Notes: generated by a model from the sequence alone, not told the origin. A stretch of 64,000 nt of DNA from a virus (IMGVR_UViG_2926647115_000001); one strand, 5' to 3'. Shown: positions 18,026 to 27,682, counted from the first letter of the stretch. A program made the numbers and translations.

Positions 18026-18203
18026 CGTTCGCGGCCTCGGTGCGGGCGGTGCGGTCCTCCCAGAGGTGCGACAGGCCGGCATCACGTGCGACGTTGTAGA
18101 TCGTGCCCTTCGACACGCCAAACTGCTCGGCGAGCGCCCGGTGTGAGGGCGGGCCGTCGTCGGCGAGGATCGCGGCGCGCTGGTCTTCGGGGATGGTGGG
18201 CAC
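17988..18203 (-). pseudogene. Truncated HTH protein (terminase small subunit-like N-terminus)
   Basis: SHRALAEQFGVSKGTIYNVARDAGL..DRTARTEAANA then runs into the opposing fragment. Confidence 0.5.
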
Positions 18204-18243
18204 GTCCGCAGCGTGCGCGGGTCGTGTCACGGACAGGCTGGCG

Positions 18244-18484
18244 TTATCCGTGGGTGCGGCGGGCGACCTTCTTCGGTGATCGGCGGCGGTAGTCGGGGTT
18301 GTGGCCGGGCGTGCCGGGCAGGCGGCCTTGGTCGTCTGGGAGGACTTCGGGGGGCCCGCCCCAACTGCCATCCGCACCAGGGGATGAGTTCCCAGTCCTC
18401 GATGTCGTCCCTGAGCACTCGGCGGGCGTGGTCCTCGTTCTCGAAGTACCGCATCTCGCCGGTCTGCTTGTGCTTGGCGTTCAT
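18244..18484 (-). CDS. Small SOS-regulated protein (apparent frameshift in a C6 run near 18350)
   Basis: MNAKHKQTGEMRYFENEDHARR; LexA promoter upstream. Confidence 0.55.
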
Positions 18485-18568
18485 GGTGGTGATCGACGCC
18501 AACCCTGCTGCCCTCCGGCGTGACTGCGCTGGTCCGGGAGCTTCCCCCTCCCGAACCAGCGCATCCCA

Positions 18569-18597
18569 ACGGTAGAACACGTGTTCGATCGGAGCAA
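18569..18597 (-). promoter_or_regulatory. LexA-repressed promoter
   Basis: TTGCTC-17-TACCGT overlapped by TCGAACACGTGTTCTA (18573-18588). Confidence 0.85.
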
Positions 18598-18606
18598 GTC
18601 GTCTGC

Positions 18607-19206
18607 TCACCCAAGCCGAACCGGCGGCTCGGTTCCATGACGGGACCATCGCCCGCCCTGTAGGTCCTCGAACTCGATCTCCAGCACCAAGTCAGGCCGT
18701 ATGGTGTGCATTGCCGCCTCGATCAACTGGGCAATGTCATCGACCCCGGCTGGCCTCCAATCGGAAAAGACGACCTCTTCCTCGGGGAGCAGTACCTCAC
18801 GCTCGGGAACATCGACCAATAGCAGGCCGCGACCGGGGATGAAGATGGACACCAGCTTCACGTTGAGCACAGGCTCTGGGCCGCGGTTCCTTACCGCGGG
18901 GTCTTTCGTTACGCCGGAGAGTTTCCTGACCTCGCCTTGGCGGGACACCATCTCCGGCAGGATGAAGTGAGCGTTCGCGCGCTGCCGGCGGGCTTCGTCG
19001 GCGCGGCGATGTGCGGTCTCCTGCTGTGCGGCCCACAGCGCGACCCCGGCGGCGACGAGCGCACCGCCGCCCCCTACCCACTGGCCGAGGCCTGCCCACA
19101 CGTCGTGGTCGTCGATGAGGAACCATGCGATCAGCCCTCCGGCGACGGAGACGGCCGCTGGCAGGATCAGCCACCAGGCGCGCCGCGGGCGCAGCACCTC
19201 TCTCAT
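18607..19206 (-). CDS. Membrane protein (TM plus beta domain), paralog 1
   Basis: GQWVGG..VAL; VRNRGPEPV; FEDLQGGRWSR. Confidence 0.8.
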   Translation of the reverse strand: MREVLRPRRAWWLILPAAVSVAGGLIAWFLIDDHDVWAGLGQWVGGGGALVAAGVALWAAQQETAHRRADEARRQRANAHFILPEMVSRQGEVRKLSGVTKDPAVRNRGPEPVLNVKLVSIFIPGRGLLLVDVPEREVLLPEEEVVFSDWRPAGVDDIAQLIEAAMHTIRPDLVLEIEFEDLQGGRWSRHGTEPPVRLG

Positions 19207-19346
19207 TCTGACCCCCAGGTGTGTCGATCTCCATCGAGCACGGTAGCTCGCATTCGTCGACTCGTGGTGCAGGTGGCCCCGCCGCAGGGGGAGTGGCGCC
19301 GGGCCATCACGTTAAGCCCGTATGTTGGAGCACGTTGTCCTTCGAT

Positions 19347-20447
19347 CTAAGGCTTTTCGGTGGGCTTCGCTGCCTTTAGCGTGTCAGCGATGCTGGAGAA
19401 CAATCGGCCCACGTCGCCGACAACCGACGGGCTGCCTGGATCGTCATCGTGCTGCTCCAGGGAGGCGGCAAATACCCGCTCGCCAAGTTGCTCTCGCATC
19501 TTCTGCTTCGAGTCATCGGGCAGTGGTGCGATGTACGCCTCGAGAGTTAGAAGTTGAATCTCAAATCGCTTACCCCACTCCGCATTCCGTCGATGCTTCC
19601 CCGCTTCACGTGCAAGATAAGCCGCAAGGGCGGCGACAGGGATAGACAGGGCCAGGTGTGGTATTTGTGGTACGAATGCGGATGCATTCGACGGCGGCCC
19701 GGACAGTGCTATTCCGGCCATAACCACGATGGCAACGATAAGAATGACGGTAGTCAATCGCAGCAGGTTAGCTGCCCTGTATTCTGAATGAGCGTACGCG
19801 GCGAAGTGAATCGCCAGCTGGTTGGAGCCGGTTATTCCGGCGGCTTGCTTGCTGATCTCGAGTACACGCTGCGTTTCGTCTCTCGCTCGGTTAGTATCGA
19901 GTCTCGCTAGCCGTGCTTCGATCGCGTCAGTCGCCCTATCTAGGGACCTGTTGAGTCGGTCAACTTCTCGGCGCGGTAGGTAATTCGAGAGGACATGCGC
20001 TTGGGCGACTGCGTGGGCGAGTTCTTGAAGTAGTGACCTTTGAAGTGATTCTACCTCTTCATCAATGTTTGAAAGCTCCTCCGAGGTGGTATCCTCTAGT
20101 GCTGCCAGGATCATCCGCGGCTGTTTAAGTGATCTTTCAATTCTTCGGGCGCGTCCATAAATCCTGTCGACATCGTGGACCGCGATGGGTCGTTTCGTCT
20201 CGACAATTTGGCGCATCGCAGTCTTGATCGGATCCAAAACCTGGACGGAGATGTCGAATATTTCTCGCAGACTTCGAAGGGTGGAGGTGGACGGTAGATA
20301 GCCTTTTTTAACGTCCTCAACCTTTTTATTCTCGTCGAGAGCAGTCCGAACTTTGGTAATGTCAGTTTCCAGGTCCTCCTGTAGCGTTGCGAGAAAGTCG
20401 ACGAGGTCAAGTAGGGGACTGTGATTCTCCGCTACCTGGTCCGTCAC
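19347..20447 (-). CDS. Coiled-coil, two-TM protein (lower-GC moron)
   Basis: 366 aa; atypical codon usage; two C-terminal TM helices. Confidence 0.8.
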   Translation of the reverse strand: MTDQVAENHSPLLDLVDFLATLQEDLETDITKVRTALDENKKVEDVKKGYLPSTSTLRSLREIFDISVQVLDPIKTAMRQIVETKRPIAVHDVDRIYGRARRIERSLKQPRMILAALEDTTSEELSNIDEEVESLQRSLLQELAHAVAQAHVLSNYLPRREVDRLNRSLDRATDAIEARLARLDTNRARDETQRVLEISKQAAGITGSNQLAIHFAAYAHSEYRAANLLRLTTVILIVAIVVMAGIALSGPPSNASAFVPQIPHLALSIPVAALAAYLAREAGKHRRNAEWGKRFEIQLLTLEAYIAPLPDDSKQKMREQLGERVFAASLEQHDDDPGSPSVVGDVGRLFSSIADTLKAAKPTEKP

Positions 20448-20542
20448 CGTTCGCCTCCGTGTCTTTTGGCAGCTTGCTTGAGTGCTACGTCGCAGTAAGT
20501 ATGCGTGCCGTTACGAATGATGCCTCCGCTGGAATACGTCGG

Positions 20543-21101
20543 TCACGCGACAGCTTGGGACGTAGTGCGCCGATCGACAGGTGCGGTGCTCACCGGACGG
20601 CGCGGACGGGTTGACCCCGTCCTCAAGGGCAAGAGGTACTGTCCGGGGCCGACCCACCTGCGGCCGACCTTCACTGGCGCGGCGACTGGCCGCTGCCACA
20701 CCTCGCGCTGCTCGGCCTTCCGCCGCGCGCGGGCGCGCCGCTCCCGCTCGTAGATGGTGTGCGCCTTCCGGCACTCCGCGCAGGTGCAGCCCCACTTCGC
20801 GTACCGGCTGTTCGTGCCGTGGTCCGGGACGACGGCCGGTCGGGGGAACCCGTACTCGCGGGCCAGGGCGGTGCGGTCCTTGCGGTCGAGGCTGCCCCAG
20901 ATGCCCCACGGTCGCCGCGGCGCAGCGCGTCTTCAGCGCAGAGCATGCGGACGGGGCAGGCGGCGCAGATGACGCGGCACGCCGCTGCCTGCGCGCCGTT
21001 CGCTTGGATGAAGTCGAGCTCGGGGAAGATCTGGCACTTCCCCTGCGCGTGCCAGTCGGGGACCTCGCGGGGAGGCGGGGCGGTTCGGCGACGGCGGTCA
21101 T
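20543..21101 (-). CDS. WhiB-family regulator with C-terminal Zn motif (two apparent homopolymer frameshifts)
   Basis: DWHAQGKC..CAACPVRMLC..WGIWGSL..HGT..Y..GCTCAECR when frames are joined at about 21070 and 20910. Confidence 0.8.
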
Positions 21102-21302
21102 CGGTCCTTCCACAGCATCAGGCCGGCCGCGGCGATGAGCGCGGCGACGAGTAGGCCGGGGTCGGCGGTTCGTTCGAGGATCACGGTGCACCGTCCGGAG
21201 GCTGGAGGTCGTAGACCGCGAACACCGGCGCGCCGGTGGCGTGGGCGGCCTGCTTCGGGCTGCGTGGAACCGACCACCGGCGCAAGATCGTGTGCCGGTT
21301 CC

Positions 21303-21716
21303 TCACTCCTGCGGTCCTTCCTCGACGGCGTTGAGGAGCTGTTCAAGTCGGCTCGGTGTGCGGTTCGGGTCTTCGGGGAGCGGCGGCAGCACCCCGGAGA
21401 ACCAGGTGCCGCAGTGGGTGCAGAACCCGGAGCCGTTGCGGTACTTGCGCCGCTCGAACGGGCCGTGGTCGGGGTGTGCGGGGCAGGCGGCGAGCCGCTG
21501 GTACTTCCGCCACGCGGCGTCCTCGGCCTCGGCGACGGTGGCGCCCTCGCCGCGCAGGAACGTGCCGGCCGGGAACGCTTCGACGAACGCGGTTCGGTAG
21601 GTGCCGTCGCCCTTGAACACCAGGCCGGAGCGGCCGCCTTGGAGGAACACGTCGGCGGGCCAGGGGTGGCGGGTGAGTTCGCCGGTGCGCTGGATCTCGC
21701 GTGCCTGGTGGGTCAC
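21303..21716 (-). CDS. Conserved phage protein
   Basis: FVEAFP..FLRGEGATVAEAE..CTHC. Confidence 0.8.
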   Translation of the reverse strand: MTHQAREIQRTGELTRHPWPADVFLQGGRSGLVFKGDGTYRTAFVEAFPAGTFLRGEGATVAEAEDAAWRKYQRLAACPAHPDHGPFERRKYRNGSGFCTHCGTWFSGVLPPLPEDPNRTPSRLEQLLNAVEEGPQE

Positions 21717-22729
21717 TGCTGCGCTCCTTCCGGTCGGGGCACCTCGGTCAGGGATGTGCCGCCCTGGGGGGCGTTCTCGGCGTTGATCTGCCACCACGAG
21801 TAGGCGCGGCCGTCGCCGCCGCTCGCGGTCGTTGCGACCCATGCCTGAGGCGCGGGGAACGCCTTGCGGCACTGGAAGACGACGCCGTTCTGGTCGCTGC
21901 GGACGGCCTCGACGTCGTCGGGCTCGGGCGAGCCGATCGGGAAGCGGCGCGGCTCGGGCGCGGGTTGTGGTTGGGAGACCCGGGAGAGCTCCTGACGAAT
22001 GCGGTCCGCCTGCAGCGTGACCGCGCCGCAGGCGTCCCAGTTGTCGATGAGCGACAGCACCTCGTTGATGCCGGTCTGGAGGGCGTCGCGGTCGCGGCGT
22101 GTGGCCATGAGCTGGCTGTGGTACTCGGCCGCCTCCTGCCGGTGCTGGAGGCAGTTCGCGTGCAGCCGGTCGTTCTCGGCGCGGAGTCGAGCGGGCCCGT
22201 CGGCTGCGGCCCCCGTGGTGGCACAGCGCGGACAGGTCGGGTGGCAGTCGCCCGGCTCGCCGTCCGAATCCATCGTGACGCGGTGCGGCTCGTCGTCTGC
22301 GGCCCCCTGCCCGGTCTCGCCGGCGAACCGCTCGTGCGGGTCGTAGGCCTTGAGCGCGGCGTCCAGCGCGTGCTGGTGGTGGGCGGTGAAGAACGCCCGC
22401 CACTGCGGCACGTCGCGCTGGAACTGGTCGTACGCCTCGTAGTAGGCCTTCCAGGCATCGCTGCGGCGGGCTTCGAGGGCAAGGGCGTGGGAGTCGTCGG
22501 CACGCGCGTCGGCATCCAGGTCTGGGGCCCCCTGCTTCCGCCAGCCGGCCCGGTCGAGCGCAGCAAACAGCCGGTTTGCCACGCCAACCGCGTGGATCGC
22601 ATGGTCCTCGTCGCGGTTCTGGTAGAGGTCCACTTCGTCCAGGAGCGCGTCCGCGAGCAGGGTGACTCCCTCCCGCAACTCGGCGCCCTCGCGGGCCAGT
22701 TCTTCGCGCTGTTCGTCGTGGGTGGTCAC
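21713..22729 (-). CDS. Mosaic hypothetical protein
   Basis: GTG start; shares sequence blocks with 35699-36466. Confidence 0.75.
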   Translation of the reverse strand: MTTHDEQREELAREGAELREGVTLLADALLDEVDLYQNRDEDHAIHAVGVANRLFAALDRAGWRKQGAPDLDADARADDSHALALEARRSDAWKAYYEAYDQFQRDVPQWRAFFTAHHQHALDAALKAYDPHERFAGETGQGAADDEPHRVTMDSDGEPGDCHPTCPRCATTGAAADGPARLRAENDRLHANCLQHRQEAAEYHSQLMATRRDRDALQTGINEVLSLIDNWDACGAVTLQADRIRQELSRVSQPQPAPEPRRFPIGSPEPDDVEAVRSDQNGVVFQCRKAFPAPQAWVATTASGGDGRAYSWWQINAENAPQGGTSLTEVPRPEGAQQ

Positions 22730-23010
22730 AGGTGGGCTCCGTTCGGGTAGCAGCGGCGGCAGGTGCGGGACCAGGCGAAGTTGCGGCGGTCGGCGGGGAC
22801 GCCGGACTTGCCGCACTTGGTGCGGACCTCCACACGGGTGCTGCTGTTGCGGTTCCACAGCACGGCCTGGCATTCGACGGCGAGGTGGAGGATCGAGCGG
22901 GCGGTGAACGCTGGCACGACGGGGTAGGGCACGTCCCGGTAGGACACGTCGAGACCGTCCTCGATGCGCTCGGGCGGCTCGCGCACGACCGGCTCAGCGT
23001 GGGTGGTCAT
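22726..23010 (-). CDS. Hypothetical protein
   Basis: Coupled ORF; H..CG..CRRC. Confidence 0.7.
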   Translation of the reverse strand: MTTHAEPVVREPPERIEDGLDVSYRDVPYPVVPAFTARSILHLAVECQAVLWNRNSSTRVEVRTKCGKSGVPADRRNFAWSRTCRRCYPNGAHL

Positions 23011-23312
23011 CGGGCCCCCTCGCCAGCGCCGTCCCACCACCACTGGGCGACGCGGACGATGGCCTCCTGGTACGGCCGGTCCAGCTCCTGGGTGCGCTTG
23101 TCGAGCTTGTCGAACAAGACGATGGACGGGTGATCGGGCCGGGTCTGGTCCCGCCAGATCGCCCACGCGTCGTGGACGTGTTCGAGGGTGGTGTTCACGC
23201 CTTCGGTGAGCACGAGGAGCGCGTAGAAGCGGATGAGGTCGGGTTCGCAGTCGTCCAGTTCGGTGGTGAGCCGGTCGATGATGCGTTGGACGTAGGTGGG
23301 TGAATCAGCCAC
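23007..23312 (-). CDS. Conserved phage protein
   Basis: YALLVL..T.EHVHDAW..HPSIV.FD.L. Confidence 0.8.
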   Translation of the reverse strand: MADSPTYVQRIIDRLTTELDDCEPDLIRFYALLVLTEGVNTTLEHVHDAWAIWRDQTRPDHPSIVLFDKLDKRTQELDRPYQEAIVRVAQWWWDGAGEGAR

Positions 23313-24027
23313 GGCGGGTCTCCTCGGTGTCGGTGGTGGCGGGCCCGGACAGGGCGGCGATGACGGCCTCGATGTTGACCAGCTCGGGTCCGGACACCAG
23401 TTGCTCGCGCATCTCGCGGGCGCGGGCGAGCGCCTTCTCGATGCTGGCGTAGAGGTCGCGAGTCTTCGCCTGGGCCTCGTCTCGTTGGTGGCGATAATCG
23501 CGGGCCGCGAGAACGGCCCGCTCGAACCAATCGCGGGGCACCTGGTCCTGTCCGTCGGCCGGCAGACCAGCAGCGGGGATCGCGTCGGCAGCGTCGCGCA
23601 GGAGCCGGACGACGGTCGCCCGGAGGTTGCTGCCGAACGGGCGGTAGAAGCTCTCCAGCCTGTCAGCGGCGTCGCGCAGGAAGTCCGCGTCCGCCTCGTC
23701 CTTGTTGATGCCCTCAGGGCCATACGGGACGTGCGGACGGGGGACGGTGATCACGTCTCTGCACGGGGCCTGGCGGGCGGAGGCGTCAGGATGCTCGGTC
23801 AGCTTGGCCACGATCTGCCCAGCCACCTCGTCTGGCGTCCACGAGCCCTCCAGCTCGCGCAGCACCTCGGCGACCAGGGCGCGCGAGTTCGCGGGCATCG
23901 TGGGCTGCAGCCGCAGCCGGTCGCTGAGCCGCCAGATGACGCCCTGGAGCCGCTCGATCGTCTGCTCGGGCTGCTCAGTCTTGTCGCGGTCGGGTCGGTC
24001 TTGTGGGGTGGCGGCCTCGGTGGTCAC
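23305..24027 (-). CDS. Mosaic hypothetical protein
   Basis: 240 aa; C-terminus resembles a block in 35699-36466. Confidence 0.75.
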   Translation of the reverse strand: MTTEAATPQDRPDRDKTEQPEQTIERLQGVIWRLSDRLRLQPTMPANSRALVAEVLRELEGSWTPDEVAGQIVAKLTEHPDASARQAPCRDVITVPRPHVPYGPEGINKDEADADFLRDAADRLESFYRPFGSNLRATVVRLLRDAADAIPAAGLPADGQDQVPRDWFERAVLAARDYRHQRDEAQAKTRDLYASIEKALARAREMREQLVSGPELVNIEAVIAALSGPATTDTEETRRG

Positions 24028-24030
24028 AGG

Positions 24031-24357
24031 TCAGGCCTCCCCGAGGGCGACGGCCAGCGGCGCGGACAACGCCTTCATGCCGGTAACCATGAGGCCGGGG
24101 AAGTCGCGGCGGGCGGTCTCCACGCAGCTGGAGCACGGGGTGTGCACCATGCCGGGCCCGGTGACTCCGCCGCCGACGGACCAGCCGGGTGCGTCCGGCG
24201 CGAAGCGGTCGATGCCGCACAGGGTCGGGCCCGGAGTGCCGCGCTCGGTGCCGCGCACGAGGTGCACGAGGTCGTCGACCGGTGTGGCGTCGAAGAGGCC
24301 GCCCCAGGCGAACTGGAGCGTCGTCAGGTGCGTGATGGGCTGTTCGGCGGTGGTCAC
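24031..24357 (-). CDS. Hypothetical protein
   Basis: HLV..TLCG..CSSC. Confidence 0.75.
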   Translation of the reverse strand: MTTAEQPITHLTTLQFAWGGLFDATPVDDLVHLVRGTERGTPGPTLCGIDRFAPDAPGWSVGGGVTGPGMVHTPCSSCVETARRDFPGLMVTGMKALSAPLAVALGEA

Positions 24358-24360
24358 AGG

Positions 24361-24846
24361 TCATGCCTCTCCGCGCTCGGCACGGGCACGGGCGACCTCG
24401 GCTGCGTAGTCCACCGTGACCTCGACGAGCGGGCCGAAGTTGCCGTTGTCCCACTCCTCGCCGTCGTCGTCGAACGAGTCCGGGTGCACGTCGCCGTTCT
24501 GGTCCATCACCTTGACACCGGCGGGGATGGTGTCGCCGTTGAAGAACACGCGCGGCTTCCGGGCGTGGTCGTCCTGGGCGGCGCCGTCGAGGAGGTCTGC
24601 GATCTTGCGGGCCAGGGCGGCGCTGATGTCGACGCCGTTCGGGTCGTAGGCGTGGTTGATGCGGATCTCGATCTCCGCGCCCTCACCCGCGCCCGGTTCG
24701 TGCTCGGCAAGGACGTACCAGCCCTCGGGGATGTTCTCGCTGGGCTCGTCCGGGTACGGCGTGCCGGGCTCGACGTGGGTGGGGATGAACCGCTCGGGCA
24801 GATGCTCGCGGTCGAGGTCGGTCACGGTGGTCTCCTTGGTGGTCAT
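24361..24846 (-). CDS. Hypothetical protein
   Basis: GGAG RBS; codon bias. Confidence 0.75.
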   Translation of the reverse strand: MTTKETTVTDLDREHLPERFIPTHVEPGTPYPDEPSENIPEGWYVLAEHEPGAGEGAEIEIRINHAYDPNGVDISAALARKIADLLDGAAQDDHARKPRVFFNGDTIPAGVKVMDQNGDVHPDSFDDDGEEWDNGNFGPLVEVTVDYAAEVARARAERGEA

Positions 24847-24877
24847 GGGTTCTCCAGGAGTGGGGTTCGGCGAAGGG

Positions 24878-25097
24878 TCAGAAGAGGGTGAGCGGTTCGG
24901 GTTCGGCGGCGGCCTCGGTGAGTTCACCGCGTTGGGCGAGGAGCAAGTCCCACATGACGATCCGGCCGCCCTTCGGGGTGGGGAACCAGAAGTGGCCGTA
25001 CTCGCTGCGGTACCAGGTGTGGCCGGTGCGGTCGCTGACGGCGCGGACATGTTTGGGGGGGTGGGTCGCCGGCGGTCCAGGTGCGGGGCGCTGTCAT
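24878..25097 (-). CDS. Hypothetical protein (apparent frameshift in a G7 run near 25058)
   Basis: MTAPRTWTAGDPPP joins KHVRAVSDRTGHTW in another frame. Confidence 0.55.
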
Positions 25098-25573
25098 GGG
25101 ATGCGCACTCCGCGGTGGGCGAGGGACGTCACGAGGTCGGTGAGCGGGATGGTGGCGTGGTTGCCGCGGCGGCCGGAGCTGGTGCGTGTCCAGTCGACGG
25201 TGATGCCGGGCATGGCGCGGCCGTTGTCGTCGCGGGGGATCCAGCCGTGGATGCGCCAGGTGAGGCCGTCCCGGTCGGTGGTGGCGTGGAAGCACACGTC
25301 GGAGGGGCGGCGTTCGACGTGAATGGTGGTGACGTCGAGCGCGCGGCACCAGCGGACGAATTCCGCGGTGTCGGGCGGGAAGAGCCCGAGTTCCGGCAGG
25401 ACGGGTCGGGTGTAGTCCTCGGTCTTGGGGTCCCAGCGTTTCGCGCCGGGCTGGGCGGGCTTGATGTGTGTGGTGCGGAGCTGGAGGTGGTGTTCGCGCG
25501 CGACCGCGTCGAGGGTGGCCATGGCGTGCATGACCTCGGTGGTGTGCGTGTCCAGCAGGGCGGTAGTCGTCAT
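25094..25573 (-). CDS. Hypothetical protein
   Basis: ATGA-coupled. Confidence 0.75.
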   Translation of the reverse strand: MTTTALLDTHTTEVMHAMATLDAVAREHHLQLRTTHIKPAQPGAKRWDPKTEDYTRPVLPELGLFPPDTAEFVRWCRALDVTTIHVERRPSDVCFHATTDRDGLTWRIHGWIPRDDNGRAMPGITVDWTRTSSGRRGNHATIPLTDLVTSLAHRGVRIP

Positions 25574-25902
25574 GCGGGTCGGGCCTCCGGCGTGATGGCG
25601 GGTTGGGTGAAGGCGGAGCGGGGGTTGCGGACGAGTTCGAGCGCGCGCCGCAGCGGGACGAAATGGTCGCGAGCTTCGACCCAGGGGGCGCTGGCGATCC
25701 GGACGATGGGCTGGCCGCTGGTGGCGGTGATGAACAGGTGGCGCTTGTACTGGGGTTCGGGCCACTGCCGTGGTGACACCCACCCCGGTGTCGGCAGTGT
25801 TTCGGTCCAGCGCACGGTGTTGCCGTCGAGGACGGTCCAGGCGTCGGTGTTGGCGGCGGCGCGGAGCGCGGTGTGGAACTCGTCGCGGATGCGGGACGGC
25901 AT
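25570..25902 (-). CDS. Hypothetical protein
   Basis: GGAG RBS. Confidence 0.75.
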   Translation of the reverse strand: MPSRIRDEFHTALRAAANTDAWTVLDGNTVRWTETLPTPGWVSPRQWPEPQYKRHLFITATSGQPIVRIASAPWVEARDHFVPLRRALELVRNPRSAFTQPAITPEARPA

Positions 25903-25958
25903 GGTCTCTCCCCCAGGATCTGGAGCCCCCGGCTGGGTGCCGGGGGCGGGCTGCTGGT

Positions 25959-26162
25959 TCAGCAGCCGTGGAACACGGTCAGCTCGGTTCCCCAGGGGAA
26001 CGAGAGCGCCCGGACGGCGCCGTCGTGGGCGCGGACGGCCACCACGCGCTCCACCTGGTCGCCGAGGTAGAGGGTGGAGAAGTGCTCCACCACCCCTTCG
26101 TCGAGCTGCATGCCGATCAGCAGCGACTGGACGGGGACCTCGGTGGTGGTGATGGTGGCCAT
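25959..26162 (-). CDS. Small hypothetical protein
   Basis: AGGAGG RBS; first gene after a family A promoter. Confidence 0.75.
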   Translation of the reverse strand: MATITTTEVPVQSLLIGMQLDEGVVEHFSTLYLGDQVERVVAVRAHDGAVRALSFPWGTELTVFHGC

Positions 26163-26201
26163 GGGGGCCTCCTTTGTGGTTGGGGTGGTTGGATACCTCG
26201 A

Positions 26202-26230
26202 ACCTTACACAAGTTGCGCAACTGACGCAA
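26202..26230 (-). promoter_or_regulatory. Family A promoter with operator
   Basis: TTGCGT-17-TAAGGT with AGTTGCGCAACT. Confidence 0.85.
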
Positions 26231-26288
26231 CAGTTCAAGCCCCCACCGTGCTCCAGAGCACCTCAAACCGGGTCCCGAAGCGTCACCG

Positions 26289-26324
26289 TTGGCACACTCC
26301 GGCAAGTTGTGTAAGGTTGGGCGC
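26289..26324 (+). promoter_or_regulatory. Family A-type promoter (leaderless)
   Basis: TTGGCA-17-TAAGGT-7-ATG. Confidence 0.8.
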
Positions 26325-26807
26325 ATGACAGCGCAACAGGGCATCGCCGAGATCAGCGCACAGGAACTCCGTACCCGCAAGGCCGGCAGCGACGAGTCCG
26401 CCTGGTCCGACGTGCTCAACGACGCCGAGATCCGCAACACCGCCACCTACGTGCGGCGGCGCGGACGGCTGATGATGCTCGCGCTGAACCCGACCACCTA
26501 CGCCCGACTCTCCGGCCTCGTCGACGGCGCGAACGCTCCGGCTCCACAGCGGATCGTGTCTCCGCCGCGCCCGGTGAACGGCAGCGAGCGGCTGGACCTC
26601 TCGCACATCACCGACCCGAACGCGCGGGTCATCATGGACTCGCGGCTGGCGTTCCGGGAGCTGGCGCAGATCCAGCCGCGCGTGGAGAACGGCTGGCATG
26701 TGACGGTGGTGCGGTGGGATCGCCCGGCCGCGGTGTTCGTGCCGCCGTCATGGGCGCCGCAGCACGCCCTGGAGGCCGCGTTGGAGATGGCCCACTCGGG
26801 GGACTAA
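26325..26807 (+). CDS. Tandem Phd/YefM-like DNA-binding protein
   Basis: ISAQELR..WSDVLNDAE..YVRRRGR and ..VENGWHVTVVRWDRPAAVFVP. Confidence 0.6.
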   Translation: MTAQQGIAEISAQELRTRKAGSDESAWSDVLNDAEIRNTATYVRRRGRLMMLALNPTTYARLSGLVDGANAPAPQRIVSPPRPVNGSERLDLSHITDPNARVIMDSRLAFRELAQIQPRVENGWHVTVVRWDRPAAVFVPPSWAPQHALEAALEMAHSGD

Positions 26808-26877
26808 CCCTCAAGTTCGTAACACCCGGGCGCGCCTGTTGCGATACCCCGACCGTGAGCAGGTCGAGGGGAACCAC

Positions 26878-27061
26878 ATGGCAGTCACAACGCACCAACT
26901 GGCGACCAACAGCGCAACCCGTGCGCACCGCCGCCGACCGCACGCCCTGTCCCGGATGTCACAAGCCTGTCCGCTACTACGACAACCGGCCGGAAACCCA
27001 CCTCACCCCGAAAGACCGGCGCGGCCGGCGCGCCAACTGCCCAGGCCGCGCCGCTGCCTAG
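26878..27061 (+). CDS. Small Zn-finger protein (apparent frameshift near 26919)
   Basis: GAGGGG RBS ATG joins CPGC..H..CPG in another frame. Confidence 0.5.
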
Positions 27062-27633
27062 CGGGCGAACCACTCGAACCGCTCGTGCGCGCGTGACGGC
27101 GTCGGCCCGGCCTGCCCCTGGTACCGCGAGCCCGCCTCCGCCGACCCGTACGGGTGCTCGGCCGGGGACTCCAGCCGGAACAGGCACAGCTGCCCCACCT
27201 TCATGCCCGGCCACAGAGCGATTGGCAGGTTCGCCACATTCGACAGCTCCAGCGTGATGGTGCCGGTGAACCCGGGGTCGATGAACCCGGCCGTCGAGTG
27301 CGTCAGCAGCCCGAGCCGCCCGAGTGACGACTTGCCTTCCAGCCGCCCGGCGAGGTCATCGGGCAGGGCGAACCGCTCGAACGTCGAAGCCAGCACGAAC
27401 TCCCCGGGGTGCAGCATGAACGGCTCCCCCACTTCCGGCTCGACCAGTGTGGTCAGCTCGTCCTGGTGCTCGGCCGGGTCGATGTGCGAGTACCGGTGGT
27501 TGTTGAACACCCGGAACCCGCGATCCAGGCGCACGTCGATGCTGGCAGGCTGGAGCATCGCGGTATCCCAGGGCTCGACCCCGAATCGGCCGGCTGCGAG
27601 TTCTTTGCGGAGGTCGCGGTCGCTGAGCAGCAC
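27058..27633 (-). CDS. dcd: dCTP deaminase
   Basis: [43 protein letters not shown]. Confidence 0.96.
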   Translation of the reverse strand: MLLSDRDLRKELAAGRFGVEPWDTAMLQPASIDVRLDRGFRVFNNHRYSHIDPAEHQDELTTLVEPEVGEPFMLHPGEFVLASTFERFALPDDLAGRLEGKSSLGRLGLLTHSTAGFIDPGFTGTITLELSNVANLPIALWPGMKVGQLCLFRLESPAEHPYGSAEAGSRYQGQAGPTPSRAHERFEWFAR

Positions 27634-27682
27634 CCGGACACGATACGCGGGGGCGATCCGGCTTGCGTCCGCCCTTCGGTCG

